Source: an uncultured virus (IMG/VR IMGVR_UViG_3300031088_000775) (taxonomy: Duplodnaviria; Heunggongvirae; Uroviricota; Caudoviricetes). Taken from it: a DNA stretch of 64,000 nucleotides. Both the position numbers and the translations under genes were made by a program. Position 1 is the first letter of the stretch, and every line of letters starts with the position of its first letter. The notes below the pieces were generated by a model. The model ran no database searches and was not told the origin of the DNA. It saw only the letters and a list, made by a program, of their open reading frames with translations. The stretch lies in IMG/VR virus record IMGVR_UViG_3300031088_000775. One strand, given 5' to 3'. Shown one piece after another: positions 38,649 through 47,722 of this stretch.

Positions 38649-41030
38649 TCAAGTTCTAAATAAAGGGGGCGGCCTACGCTTAGGATCCATCGCTTCATAT
38701 TCAGACTGAAGAATAAAATCGAAACCAATACTTCTCTCGAACTCTAATTGCGAATGTTCCCTATAATAGACTTCGTCTGAAATTACTTGAATAGGAGATA
38801 ATTTACTACAATAATCTGATTCCGAAGACTCAATTGATGGAGTATTAAGATTAACTCTATCTTCATCCTTATCTTTAGATATCTTCAGCCCTATATTTTC
38901 ATCTATTTTCGAATTTAAAGAAATAACCTTACTCTCATAGGATGTTTTAAGCTTAGTAGCCTCACTATTCTTCAAATCTTCAAACACCTGCGAGTAATTC
39001 TTTGAAATTTCTTTACTCATCGAATCTAAATGCTTAGAAATCGAGGAGTGGTCTTCTTCAGAAGCTTCAATAATAATTTGAGGGGATTCTGACTCCACTT
39101 CAGCAATGATTACTGAACTTTCAGGATTGCTGTCTTCATCAATGTCTTCACTATCATCGCTAGAGTCCTTATTATCAGCTTCAATAACCGATTTAGGTAG
39201 AGGTGCTGACTCAATAATTTCGCCAGTCTCAGAATCAACCATAGAGTAACCTGAGTCAGTCTTAATTACTTCGACCCCGCGCTCTATAGCCTCTGACTTC
39301 AAGTAAGAAAGAGATGTGCTATGATTGAACTCTATTGAAGAACCTTCAATGACTTTACTGTTCATCTGCTGGACCTTAGTCGCAATGAAATTAGAATTAG
39401 TTTTTACCGGCTTATTAGTAAAGACTTCTCTAAAAGTCAAAGAGTGACGATCTAGATAAAGATTAGCATGGAACTTCTCATCAGTATTAGTCTTAGCCTT
39501 ACCGTTGAAGCCCCAAGCCATTCGAAGGCTTCTAGTTAGAGCTGAATGCGTGAAGATTTCAGGAATAGTGTAGGTTGTGGCTAAACCTACCTGTGGCATA
39601 GAATGAATCACTAAAATTCCAGAATCACGCAGAAGACGCAATGCAGCACCAGCTCTAGAACTAGAAACACCTAACCTCTCAATTACAGCATCACGAGCAA
39701 TAACAATAATTTTTACACCAACATTAGAAAGAGGTTGACCAAAATTCTCAATTACTGCCATAGCGTCTAAATACTGCTGAGAAATACGACGTTTACGACC
39801 TTTTCCACTAGTCAAAAGAGTCTCGCTAATTGAAGCTATATCAAGAACTCTAGGGTAGACTCTTTGATAGTCTGGGTTTCTAGCAATATTTCTTTCAGCA
39901 ACACGCTTTTGATTATGCTCAAGAAGAGCTTGAACAGCTTCTTCAGTATAAACAATAGAGCTTCTCGAATACGATGATCTCGTAGCATTTCTACCAAGTT
40001 CACAGTAACTACCATGACGTATCCCACTAGAGTCAAAGTTAACCACATCATAGTGTAATTCAGCCTGTGAGATTCGGTCTTTTCGGTAAGTGTCTCTATC
40101 TATTTCAAGCTCTATACAAAGTTCTTCAAGTACTTCAACAGAGTAGCAGCAGGAGAAAGCAGCAAACAACTTAGCTCTCTTAGAGTGAAATGACTTCTCG
40201 CTATGAGTTTTATTAAGTGACTTCTCAAAAGCATCAATGTATTTCTTATGTGGTAAAGAATTGATCTTTTTAGATTCAACGAGACTATTCTTCTCACCAT
40301 CTTTAGAGTTCTTTCTATAGTCTCTAATATAGTCTGAAGTTTTCTTTATGTTCTCAAGTCCCTTATCACCAACATGTAAAATTGGAGTTGCAAAATCAAC
40401 TACAGAGTACTCGACTCCATCAATAGAACTAGTTGGGGCTAAGAAGTAATTAGCGCTTTCAGAAGTTCTAATATCACAGTCAATCACAATCTCTGAAGGA
40501 AGAACAAACTTTAAAGCCTTATTCGGAGTATCAAGACTTAGATTACTTTTAGGGAAGTTACTAAACTCACTAAAATTCAATCCATTAGGGAGAGAAATAT
40601 AGCAGTGAAGCCCTCCTGAAGGTGTCGAAACAGTTAAAGTTTCTCGAAGATTCACATCAAAAAAATCACTAAAATAATCAAGCTGTTTCTCTAGAGAAGA
40701 ATTCTTTCTTTTAACATCTAGATCAAGAACTATAAGACTACTAGTAGAGTTAATCCTTACCCCAATATTTGAAAGTGTGTTGAAGTCTTGAGTAATACAC
40801 TCTTTCTTAGTGTTTGGGTCTAAGGATACAAAACTAACATTCAAATCAGTGTAGATAGAACGTAGTGTCTTGAACTTGCGATTGAGAAGAGGGATGTGCT
40901 CAGTTTCGCTTAATTCAATCTTAGGGAATACTGTTGAAGTAGCCTTTCGAGCAAGATGAGCTCTTCTGCGGCGGGCAGTCTTCCATAGTTCATTTGACTT
41001 TTTTCTTGTCTCACTATTCGTCTTTGTCAT
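38649..41030 (-). CDS. Prim-Pol (bifunctional primase/polymerase) domain protein with winged HTH; candidate replication initiator
   Basis: NIGV..LIVLDLDVK, TVSTPSGGLHCY, DIRT..YFLAPTS; HTH RDAVIERLGVSSSRAGAALRLLRDSGIL; acidic tail. Confidence 0.75.
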   Translation of the reverse strand: MTKTNSETRKKSNELWKTARRRRAHLARKATSTVFPKIELSETEHIPLLNRKFKTLRSIYTDLNVSFVSLDPNTKKECITQDFNTLSNIGVRINSTSSLIVLDLDVKRKNSSLEKQLDYFSDFFDVNLRETLTVSTPSGGLHCYISLPNGLNFSEFSNFPKSNLSLDTPNKALKFVLPSEIVIDCDIRTSESANYFLAPTSSIDGVEYSVVDFATPILHVGDKGLENIKKTSDYIRDYRKNSKDGEKNSLVESKKINSLPHKKYIDAFEKSLNKTHSEKSFHSKRAKLFAAFSCCYSVEVLEELCIELEIDRDTYRKDRISQAELHYDVVNFDSSGIRHGSYCELGRNATRSSYSRSSIVYTEEAVQALLEHNQKRVAERNIARNPDYQRVYPRVLDIASISETLLTSGKGRKRRISQQYLDAMAVIENFGQPLSNVGVKIIVIARDAVIERLGVSSSRAGAALRLLRDSGILVIHSMPQVGLATTYTIPEIFTHSALTRSLRMAWGFNGKAKTNTDEKFHANLYLDRHSLTFREVFTNKPVKTNSNFIATKVQQMNSKVIEGSSIEFNHSTSLSYLKSEAIERGVEVIKTDSGYSMVDSETGEIIESAPLPKSVIEADNKDSSDDSEDIDEDSNPESSVIIAEVESESPQIIIEASEEDHSSISKHLDSMSKEISKNYSQVFEDLKNSEATKLKTSYESKVISLNSKIDENIGLKISKDKDEDRVNLNTPSIESSESDYCSKLSPIQVISDEVYYREHSQLEFERSIGFDFILQSEYEAMDPKRRPPPLFRT

Positions 41031-41219
41031 AAGCGGTGCACCTCCATCCTTTCTTTTCGCAATATCGGAAGTGTGAATATCTTTATATTACCAACAGTTT
41101 AGAAGTTTGACACAGGGTAGTGGAGGTAATTTTTAGATCACATACTAGGGGTAACTTATTAAGTAGTTATCTAAATAGGTTTGGTGGAGTAGTTGTGGTG
41201 GCTATATACGCACACGTAA

Positions 41220-41588
41220 ACACCTCAAGTTAAAGTCTATGGTAAGTAAGGTAGTTAGATACAGAAAACTGTACTTTTAGAGTCGCTATTTTTTCGTTTA
41301 ATATAACTTAGTGAATAGATCTATACTTGAAAAATTAAAGATCGCATACGACTATATATTCATAAGTGAGTTTAACCTTTTAAGGAATTCATATTTCAAC
41401 CTAGTGTAGACTTAAGAAGCACTAATGAACCCTAGTATCTTACAGTTGTTGAAAAGGGAAATTGCTAGTTAGTAACTTACTTTTTAGAGTTGGGTTGTAG
41501 AGTAGGTGGGAGGGGAAAGCGTTGTTGGTGGGCGTCTATACGTGCGCGTATACACCTCAAGTTAAAGTCTATGGTAGGTAAGGTAGTT
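41220..41588 (+). repeat. Two 37-bp direct repeats (41220-41256, 41552-41588); candidate replication origin
   Basis: ACACCTCAAGTTAAAGTCTATGGTA(A/G)GTAAGGTAGTT with 1 mismatch, in a 620-bp non-coding gap upstream of the Prim-Pol gene. Confidence 0.8.
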
Positions 41589-41653
41589 CGAGGCTGTTCT
41601 AGACAGCATTAAGATTCTTTAATTCTGTCTTCTAATTCTCGATAAACCAATAC

Positions 41654-42469
41654 TTAGATCCTTGAATTTTCTAGATAAAGAACTTTATGCTGATCAAGCT
41701 CTTTGAGTATCGGCCCTTCAAGACCTAGATCTATTGAAGTGAACTTACGGCCTTTGATAGTCACGACTGAGCCGTAATTGTTGAAGCTTACTCTATCAGC
41801 ATAACTGATTAAAGAGTTAGGGTCAGTTGTCAAAAACCTATTTTCTTTTAAATAGAGGTTGGAAGATCCATGAATCTGAGAAAATGGTGGTTCGATAGGT
41901 GCAGTTATCCATGAACCGTATGTCTCTTTTAAAGGGTCAGCCCATATAGGGTTAGCAGCAAAGTTAGGTTTACCAGTGAGTTTGAATGAATCACCTTGGT
42001 AAAGTGTTCGTAGATAACGGTCATTAAGGCGCTCGGCAGCTTCGTCTGGGTCTGTGGGTGAACCTATGTTGAGCCACTCTCCGTATGTTAGGCCGCCGTG
42101 TGTTACGAGTCTTCCTTTGTCAACTAAAGCAACTTTCATTGAGAATGTAGAATCAAACCACATATCGCGTAGAAGCTTTCGGCTTTCAAGACATAACCAC
42201 TCATCTGGGAAGTTCAAAGCTGCTATCTCATTAGAACCTATAACTTGAACCCACTCTATAGGCTTCATGGTTGCTAGCTTGTTGAATTTCAAGATAGCGT
42301 TATTTGGACCTCTTTCACCTTTGTCTTTAGCGTAATCGCTACATCCAATGATGTTTCCTAGTTGAATTGACTTATCAGAGTTGTTTATTTCAGGCTCGAT
42401 GTTCCTCTTCCACATTCTGAATTGACCATGGACTCCTGTAATAAATAAAGTCCTATATTCTTCAGCCAT
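41654..42469 (-). CDS. Calcineurin-like metallophosphoesterase homologue with degenerate metal ligands
   Basis: ITGVHG, QLGNIIG, IGSNE, LVTHGG, QIHG align to DxH/GDxxD/GNHE/THG/GH with several substitutions. Confidence 0.6.
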   Translation of the reverse strand: MAEEYRTLFITGVHGQFRMWKRNIEPEINNSDKSIQLGNIIGCSDYAKDKGERGPNNAILKFNKLATMKPIEWVQVIGSNEIAALNFPDEWLCLESRKLLRDMWFDSTFSMKVALVDKGRLVTHGGLTYGEWLNIGSPTDPDEAAERLNDRYLRTLYQGDSFKLTGKPNFAANPIWADPLKETYGSWITAPIEPPFSQIHGSSNLYLKENRFLTTDPNSLISYADRVSFNNYGSVVTIKGRKFTSIDLGLEGPILKELDQHKVLYLENSRI

Positions 42470-42588
42470 TCGAGAAATACTCCGTTCTTAAATAGAAAAA
42501 TACTCGCGTTATTTTATTTCAAATATCGCGAGTATCTTAAAATGATAGTTTTCAGTATTTAATTAATGTTTTAAAGTTTTGTAAAAGC

Positions 42589-43809
42589 CTATTTGAATGA
42601 ATCGAATATTTTATTTAAAATACTATTCTTAGGTTCATTATTTTTAGCTGCTGAAAGGATTCTGGCTCGTCTTTCTTCATTAATGATTCTTTCTTTATTC
42701 CAAGTGTCAGAAGCTCTTTCTTTGTTTTCTTCTAACGCTTCTTCTATTTTATCCATTAGATCGCGAGCGTATTCGGCTTTACGATGACTTTGCCGTTTGT
42801 CATCTGGGTTAATGTGATCGAGAGCAGCATAGTAAACATGAGCGTGAATATCCTTAGAGGTTGGACAGAGCGATTCAGTTTTGTTCCCGTCTTTATCTAT
42901 GATCTCTATTGACCATTGATTATTCTTTCGCTGTATCGACCATTGACTCCCTGTTTTCTTGTCTCGATCGGTAATTCTTATTTCAGCTTCAGGTGTTCTA
43001 GATTCATACATGTAGTTGCTTTTTAAGAAATTCGAAAAGTTTCTTCCAGTGAATGCTGAGTTGCTAAAACTTTCATCTACTCTGATAGTAAACGGATCGC
43101 TTTTCGTGAAGTATCCCATTCCTTTTTTCCACAGATTGTCTTCACCTTGAGACTCAGTTTCTATTGCATTAACCATTGCAGTGAAAGACTCTACCATCTC
43201 ATCTGCTTTCTTTTCAAGGACTTCTTCATCTTCACGGAGACCGCTCATAATAAGCGCATTTCGGAAGGTTTCGTGCGCTTGGATTAGACTTCTTTTAGAG
43301 CTGCGTTCATCATCGAATTTAAAGGTAATATCCTGCGAAACAACGTCTTCAGTCCGACTGTAATTAGTCATTTTAGTTGTTACAGTCCATAAACCAACAT
43401 AAGCTTCAGCCTCTTTATCAACTAGTGCACCTCTTTTGACGCTTACATGGATTGGCATTGTAGCACCATTGCGAAGGCGCCAGCTTCCTGCTGCATGATG
43501 GAGCTCAGGTGCTTTACCTTGCGCTTTTACTCGTGATTCAAGTTCTTCAGCGAAATGCCGAGGGGTTCGAGTATCTTGATCAAGGCTGAAAGAGCTACGC
43601 ATGAAGAATGATTCATCATTGAATCGTGTCAAACCCTGCTCTAGATTTCTTATCTTTTCTTTCTTGCTATCTTTTTGCTTTTGTATTGAGATCGCTGTAA
43701 GGGCAGATTCTTCACTTGAAAAATGCTGGCTTGAATAACGGCATGTACCAGTTTTTACTTTACACCTTTTAGGTCCATCAGGCGTTATATGAAATCTTTT
43801 GGTTGACAT
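42589..43809 (-). CDS. Hypothetical protein with N-terminal His/Cys module
   Basis: 406 aa; begins MSTKRFHITPDGPKRCKVKTGTCRYSSQHF; AGAGG RBS. Confidence 0.8.
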   Translation of the reverse strand: MSTKRFHITPDGPKRCKVKTGTCRYSSQHFSSEESALTAISIQKQKDSKKEKIRNLEQGLTRFNDESFFMRSSFSLDQDTRTPRHFAEELESRVKAQGKAPELHHAAGSWRLRNGATMPIHVSVKRGALVDKEAEAYVGLWTVTTKMTNYSRTEDVVSQDITFKFDDERSSKRSLIQAHETFRNALIMSGLREDEEVLEKKADEMVESFTAMVNAIETESQGEDNLWKKGMGYFTKSDPFTIRVDESFSNSAFTGRNFSNFLKSNYMYESRTPEAEIRITDRDKKTGSQWSIQRKNNQWSIEIIDKDGNKTESLCPTSKDIHAHVYYAALDHINPDDKRQSHRKAEYARDLMDKIEEALEENKERASDTWNKERIINEERRARILSAAKNNEPKNSILNKIFDSFK

Positions 43810-44142
43810 TATTAAATACCTCTTTTACAAGACTTTGAAAATCCTTTACAATAGCACAATATGTACTATTAACTATCGCATACTTATCTAAATTAAACAA
43901 ATCACTAAAAGGATAAAGTATCTTATTTTAGTTTAATAGTTAATTAGTATTATCGTCTCTTTAAAAACAGATTTTCCGCATACATTTAAAAAGAATTATT
44001 TAAATCATTGTCTCATTTGTATTTTTAAAATTTAATTAAAACTAAAGCCCGCATAAGAATACCGGTTCAAAATAAAAATGAACCGGTATTCTAGTTTATA
44101 TGAAATTATAATTAGTTCTGTTTGAACTATAATAACCATTGG

Positions 44143-45021
44143 TTACGCGTCTTGCAAAGTACGTTCCTGAGCCTTAGCGCTAGTTCCAGTACGCACATTT
44201 TCCTTTCGGTGAAGACGCAGTTTCCCAGTTAGGTTAACTGTGATTTTCTGGCCACAGTCATTACATATAGCGGTGTTGCCACCAGCATTTCCTAGGTCGG
44301 CAGTTTCTCTGTCGAAATGTTCAGTGTTCGATCCCTTGCAATGGATCTTGCTTCGCCGGCGATTCTTCGAAGTTTTCTTTGCCGAATCATCAGCATTAGT
44401 GAAGCATTCTGAACAGAGATTAGGACCTGCCTTCTCGATAACTTCTTCAATTGTCTTTCCTGAAAGATCGACGAGCCACGTTCTGTCGCTATCTCCTCTC
44501 CAGTTTGAAGTGTTTGATTGATGAGTGCGATTAGAGTGGATAGTTCCATCTTCAGATTCGAAGTATCGAGCCCATCCTGAGTAATCCGAATCAGCTTTGC
44601 GAGCTAGTCGTGATTCACGATTAATACCTCTAAGTGTCACCCTTGCCTCATTGATTGAATCCTGAAGATCTTCCGCCTTTTCAGAAGCTTCGATCTTTTT
44701 CAGAACCTCTCGAGGCGTCATCGAGTTAGTAACTTCAATTCCAGCCTTTGTGACTAGATCTTGAAGTGTTTCAGCGAAATCAACTCTTTCCTCTTGTACC
44801 TGAGAGTAGAGTTCATTTATGTGTTTATCATGAGCGCGATAGTACTGAAGTGAGGCTTCATGCAGCTGTTGTGCTGCAGTCTTTTCATCTCGTGCTGCGA
44901 GCGCTTCAGTTGCTGTCGCATAGTGTTCATCTTGCGAAATGTTGAATCGGCAATCCCCAGGCTTATAGCATTTGTTAGCGCGATTCGTATTCGGATTGAT
45001 GTGGTACGGATAGTTATTCAT
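44143..45021 (-). CDS. Hypothetical zinc-binding protein with N-terminal His/Cys module
   Basis: Start at MNNYPYHINP behind a GGGGAG RBS; contains WLVDLSG..AGPNLCSECF and a C-terminal CKG..CNDCG..LRLH finger. Confidence 0.75.
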   Translation of the reverse strand: MNNYPYHINPNTNRANKCYKPGDCRFNISQDEHYATATEALAARDEKTAAQQLHEASLQYYRAHDKHINELYSQVQEERVDFAETLQDLVTKAGIEVTNSMTPREVLKKIEASEKAEDLQDSINEARVTLRGINRESRLARKADSDYSGWARYFESEDGTIHSNRTHQSNTSNWRGDSDRTWLVDLSGKTIEEVIEKAGPNLCSECFTNADDSAKKTSKNRRRSKIHCKGSNTEHFDRETADLGNAGGNTAICNDCGQKITVNLTGKLRLHRKENVRTGTSAKAQERTLQDA

Positions 45022-45211
45022 TTCAATCACTCCCCAAAGTGTTGTTTCCAAAATGATTGGTGAGTCCAATATGAATCCTTAATTAGCGCTTGTCAATGGT
45101 TTTTGAAAACTTTTTATAAGAAAACCCGCGGCATTACGGGTAAAAACAGACGTTCTCTCAAGAAATGCCAACTCAATCGCGTTTTAAAGTTTTCAAAAAA
45201 GTTATAAGACA

Positions 45212-45401
45212 CGCCTGAAAAACATTTGACTTTTGCTGTGAATTGAGGTCTTATTTCGGTTTTAATAAGGTACAGTGAATGTAGACACTGTTAAGCAAAC
45301 GAAGAAAATCACTAAAATGATTCGCGCTGAATGCGGACTATAGAGTCAATAGGGGGTTATTGTTTGAAGCAACTTAATAGTTATGCTGACCATTTCAGGC
45401 G
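45212..45401 (+). ncRNA. Candidate multi-stem structured RNA
   Basis: Closing stem CGCCTGAAA/TTTCAGGCG; internal TTGACTTT/AGAGTCAA, CTTATT/AATAAG, ACAGTG/CACTGT and AATCA/TGATT stems; no ORF. Confidence 0.35.
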
Positions 45402-45430
45402 CAGATGAGAGCAGCAAGGCTACTGTAAAA

Positions 45431-45557
45431 TAGCTCTTAGGGTATAGTCATACAGTAAACAGCATTTTCCGTTAAAACTGTATAGAAACACGAAAAGACC
45501 ACCTAGTTTGCCGTGATAGCCTCGGGTCTAACTAGGTGGTCTTAGTAGAGCAGTTTT
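45431..45557 (+). repeat. Intergenic structured repeat, copy 2
   Basis: Contains a perfect 14-bp IR AAGACCACCTAGTT/AACTAGGTGGTCTT (45495-45543); near-identical core to the copy at 56215. Confidence 0.9.
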
Positions 45558-45639
45558 CGCTCGAACTTCAAGACAGCAAAAATTGCTTCTAAAACAGCTT
45601 TTTGGTAAAATTGACAAAAGTAACTTCAAAGGGGTATAA

Positions 45640-46593
45640 ATGTCATCAGTTTCAGTAAAGATATACGAAAGTAAAATCATGGGGAATGCTGCCTATGATT
45701 ACTCTGTAGACAATGGTAACTCATTTATCTCAGGACACTACAGAATTTTAGCAGACCATGAGCGTCACCCAAGATTTAATAACATGACTATTGCTGAATA
45801 TAATGAGAAAAAGGAAATCGACAAAGACTTCGCTAACGAAGAAGCCTTTAAACTCATTCCGTCTAAAAAGATAGAGACAGTTGAAGAAGCATATTATGCC
45901 GTCGCTTCAACTATTCGCACAAGCTTCAGTGATCATTGCATGAAAACAAAATCGTCTCCATCATACGAAATCAAAGACAGTCGAAAGAAATATGATGATA
46001 GCATTACAGATTCATTAAGATTTTTCAGTGGATCAAAGTATAGACATAACATTGAATACAGTAAAGCTGATGTTAATGAGGGAAACATCTCAAAACTTAA
46101 AGAAAATGACTATGTAGCGCTAACTAATACTAAAAACTTCCTTCTAGAGTTCCCGACCCGAAGAGTTACTCTAAAGTCAGACGAAATTTACGTAGACACA
46201 TCTCATATCCCTCTATTTAAAAAGAGTAAGATGACTTTAAAAGAATTAAAAGAACTAGATTATGAGATTTCTGAAATTCATAAACACTCAAAGATTGCAA
46301 GGCCTGAGCATGACACGCGTAAATACAAAGTGACTGAGTTAAGCCTAAAACCGCGTCCGCGCATCGGATCAATCGCCTCGCTTCTAGAATCTCGAAAAGC
46401 TGTAAAATCTCTTCACGATTACTATCAAGCTAGAATTGATTCAGGAGACCCTCTATTTTATCAGCATATGGTGGATCTTTATGAGGAGTCAGGTAAGGCT
46501 GTAGAGCATATTGAGAAGATTCTTGAAATATTTGATAGTCTTGAAGAAGAGAATGAAAAAATAAACGAATTTGAGGATAAAAATGAGCAGTGA
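45640..46593 (+). CDS. Hypothetical protein
   Basis: 317-aa ORF with AAGGGG RBS and a GGTAAAAT promoter at 45604. Confidence 0.75.
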   Translation: MSSVSVKIYESKIMGNAAYDYSVDNGNSFISGHYRILADHERHPRFNNMTIAEYNEKKEIDKDFANEEAFKLIPSKKIETVEEAYYAVASTIRTSFSDHCMKTKSSPSYEIKDSRKKYDDSITDSLRFFSGSKYRHNIEYSKADVNEGNISKLKENDYVALTNTKNFLLEFPTRRVTLKSDEIYVDTSHIPLFKKSKMTLKELKELDYEISEIHKHSKIARPEHDTRKYKVTELSLKPRPRIGSIASLLESRKAVKSLHDYYQARIDSGDPLFYQHMVDLYEESGKAVEHIEKILEIFDSLEEENEKINEFEDKNEQ

Positions 46594-47344
46594 TTTTGAG
46601 AAATCTAAAGAAGAAGCCTTTCTAGAGTACATGAAGATTTCTGAAGAGATTGATAGTCTTTTAGAAGAGACCAGATTTGATTTGCATTCTCAAGATATTA
46701 AGAAGTGGGAGTGGATGCAGGAGTTCATCCCCGAAATTATAGTAAGCTCAGCAGGAGGATTGTCACCTTTTCAAGCAGAAGGCTTTATTGAAGATTTCTT
46801 CTTCTACTACCGTGAGCGTGGAGGTGTAGCTAGCTTAAGGCTTTCAGACTCTATCGATAAGTCATATGGTTATAACTCCTCTTTATACAGCGCAAGTCTA
46901 GAGGTCGAGGAGTTCCGAAGTGGCTCGGGCTGGATTGAAACATTCTTTAATCTTTATGAAAGACTAGAAAAGACTAAAAATCTCTATGACTTCGAATCCA
47001 ACGAGGTAAAATTCAACGGTGACGGTAAACCGTATTTGACTGGTGAGAAGTCTACTACAGCGGAGTGGGGTTATACTTCAGACGAAGCCTACAATGAAAT
47101 TATAAAGCATCAAGATAGTGAGAAAACAATTAAGATTTGGACTGATTATAGAAAGTTCTCGCGTGAAAATTATCTTGAATACATTAGATTAAGAGACGTC
47201 CAAAATAAAGTCTTAAATATTGAATACAATGACAAGAATTACCCTGAGGTTGAACCAGTATTTAAGGTAATCACACCTGAGAGCTGGAGACAAGCTGATG
47301 GTTCGATAAGAATTCCTGAAGATTTCTTCGAAGATCAAGGATAA
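46583..47344 (+). CDS. Hypothetical protein
   Basis: ORF with likely ATG at 46583 after a GAGG RBS; contains a phage-like GGLSPFQAEG..FYYRERGG motif. Confidence 0.75.
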   Translation: MSSDFEKSKEEAFLEYMKISEEIDSLLEETRFDLHSQDIKKWEWMQEFIPEIIVSSAGGLSPFQAEGFIEDFFFYYRERGGVASLRLSDSIDKSYGYNSSLYSASLEVEEFRSGSGWIETFFNLYERLEKTKNLYDFESNEVKFNGDGKPYLTGEKSTTAEWGYTSDEAYNEIIKHQDSEKTIKIWTDYRKFSRENYLEYIRLRDVQNKVLNIEYNDKNYPEVEPVFKVITPESWRQADGSIRIPEDFFEDQG

Positions 47345-47350
47345 TAAAAT

Positions 47351-47385
47351 TAAGGGCTAGTAATCAAAGGTGTTACTAGCCCTTA
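47351..47385. terminator. Bidirectional terminator between the ORF and rnpB
   Basis: 13-bp IR TAAGGGCTAGTAA/TTACTAGCCCTTA between convergent genes. Confidence 0.75.
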
Positions 47386-47387
47386 AG

Positions 47388-47632
47388 AGGATAGCTATAA
47401 GCCGGGTTCTGTATCCTTCTCTAAAGAAAGACGATTGTCATCTAACTATGCTCTCTACCCGAAGTCTATAGAGTCACTCCGCTCAGACCTCTGCTTGAGA
47501 TTGCTTCTTGCCCCCACACTGCTTTTTAAGTTGTGCTTCGTGGTCCAAGCGAATTCTAAAATTCTCCCAAAAGGCTAGGTGAAGAAGCCCGGACTTTCCT
47601 CAGCCACAAAGGCCGCGACAATCCGCTATCCT
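47388..47632 (-). ncRNA. rnpB: RNase P RNA, minimal (~245 nt)
   Basis: Minus strand has CR-I GAGGAAAGUCCGGGC and CR-V ACAGAACCCGGCUUA. Stems: P1 AGGAUAGC/GCUAUCCU, P2 GAUUGUC/GACAAUC, P3, P5 GCUUCUU/AAGAAGC, P15 UCUC/GAGA with L15 GGU, P16 GAGGUCU/AGACUUC, P19. Confidence 0.93.
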
Positions 47633-47639
47633 AGAGTAA

Positions 47640-47648
47640 ACTATATCA
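47640..47648 (-). promoter_or_regulatory. Extended -10 promoter of rnpB
   Basis: TGA-TATAGT ends 7 nt upstream of the P1 5' end. Confidence 0.6.
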
Positions 47649-47722
47649 TGAAAGAAAATATAAACAATATTGGATCCTCCAATTAAAAACTAAAATAAGA
47701 AATACTTGATAAAATACATACA

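Noticed and set aside
41220..41588. CRISPR array from the 37-bp direct repeats
   Set aside because: Only two copies, 332 bp apart, with no spacer-sized periodicity and no cas genes.
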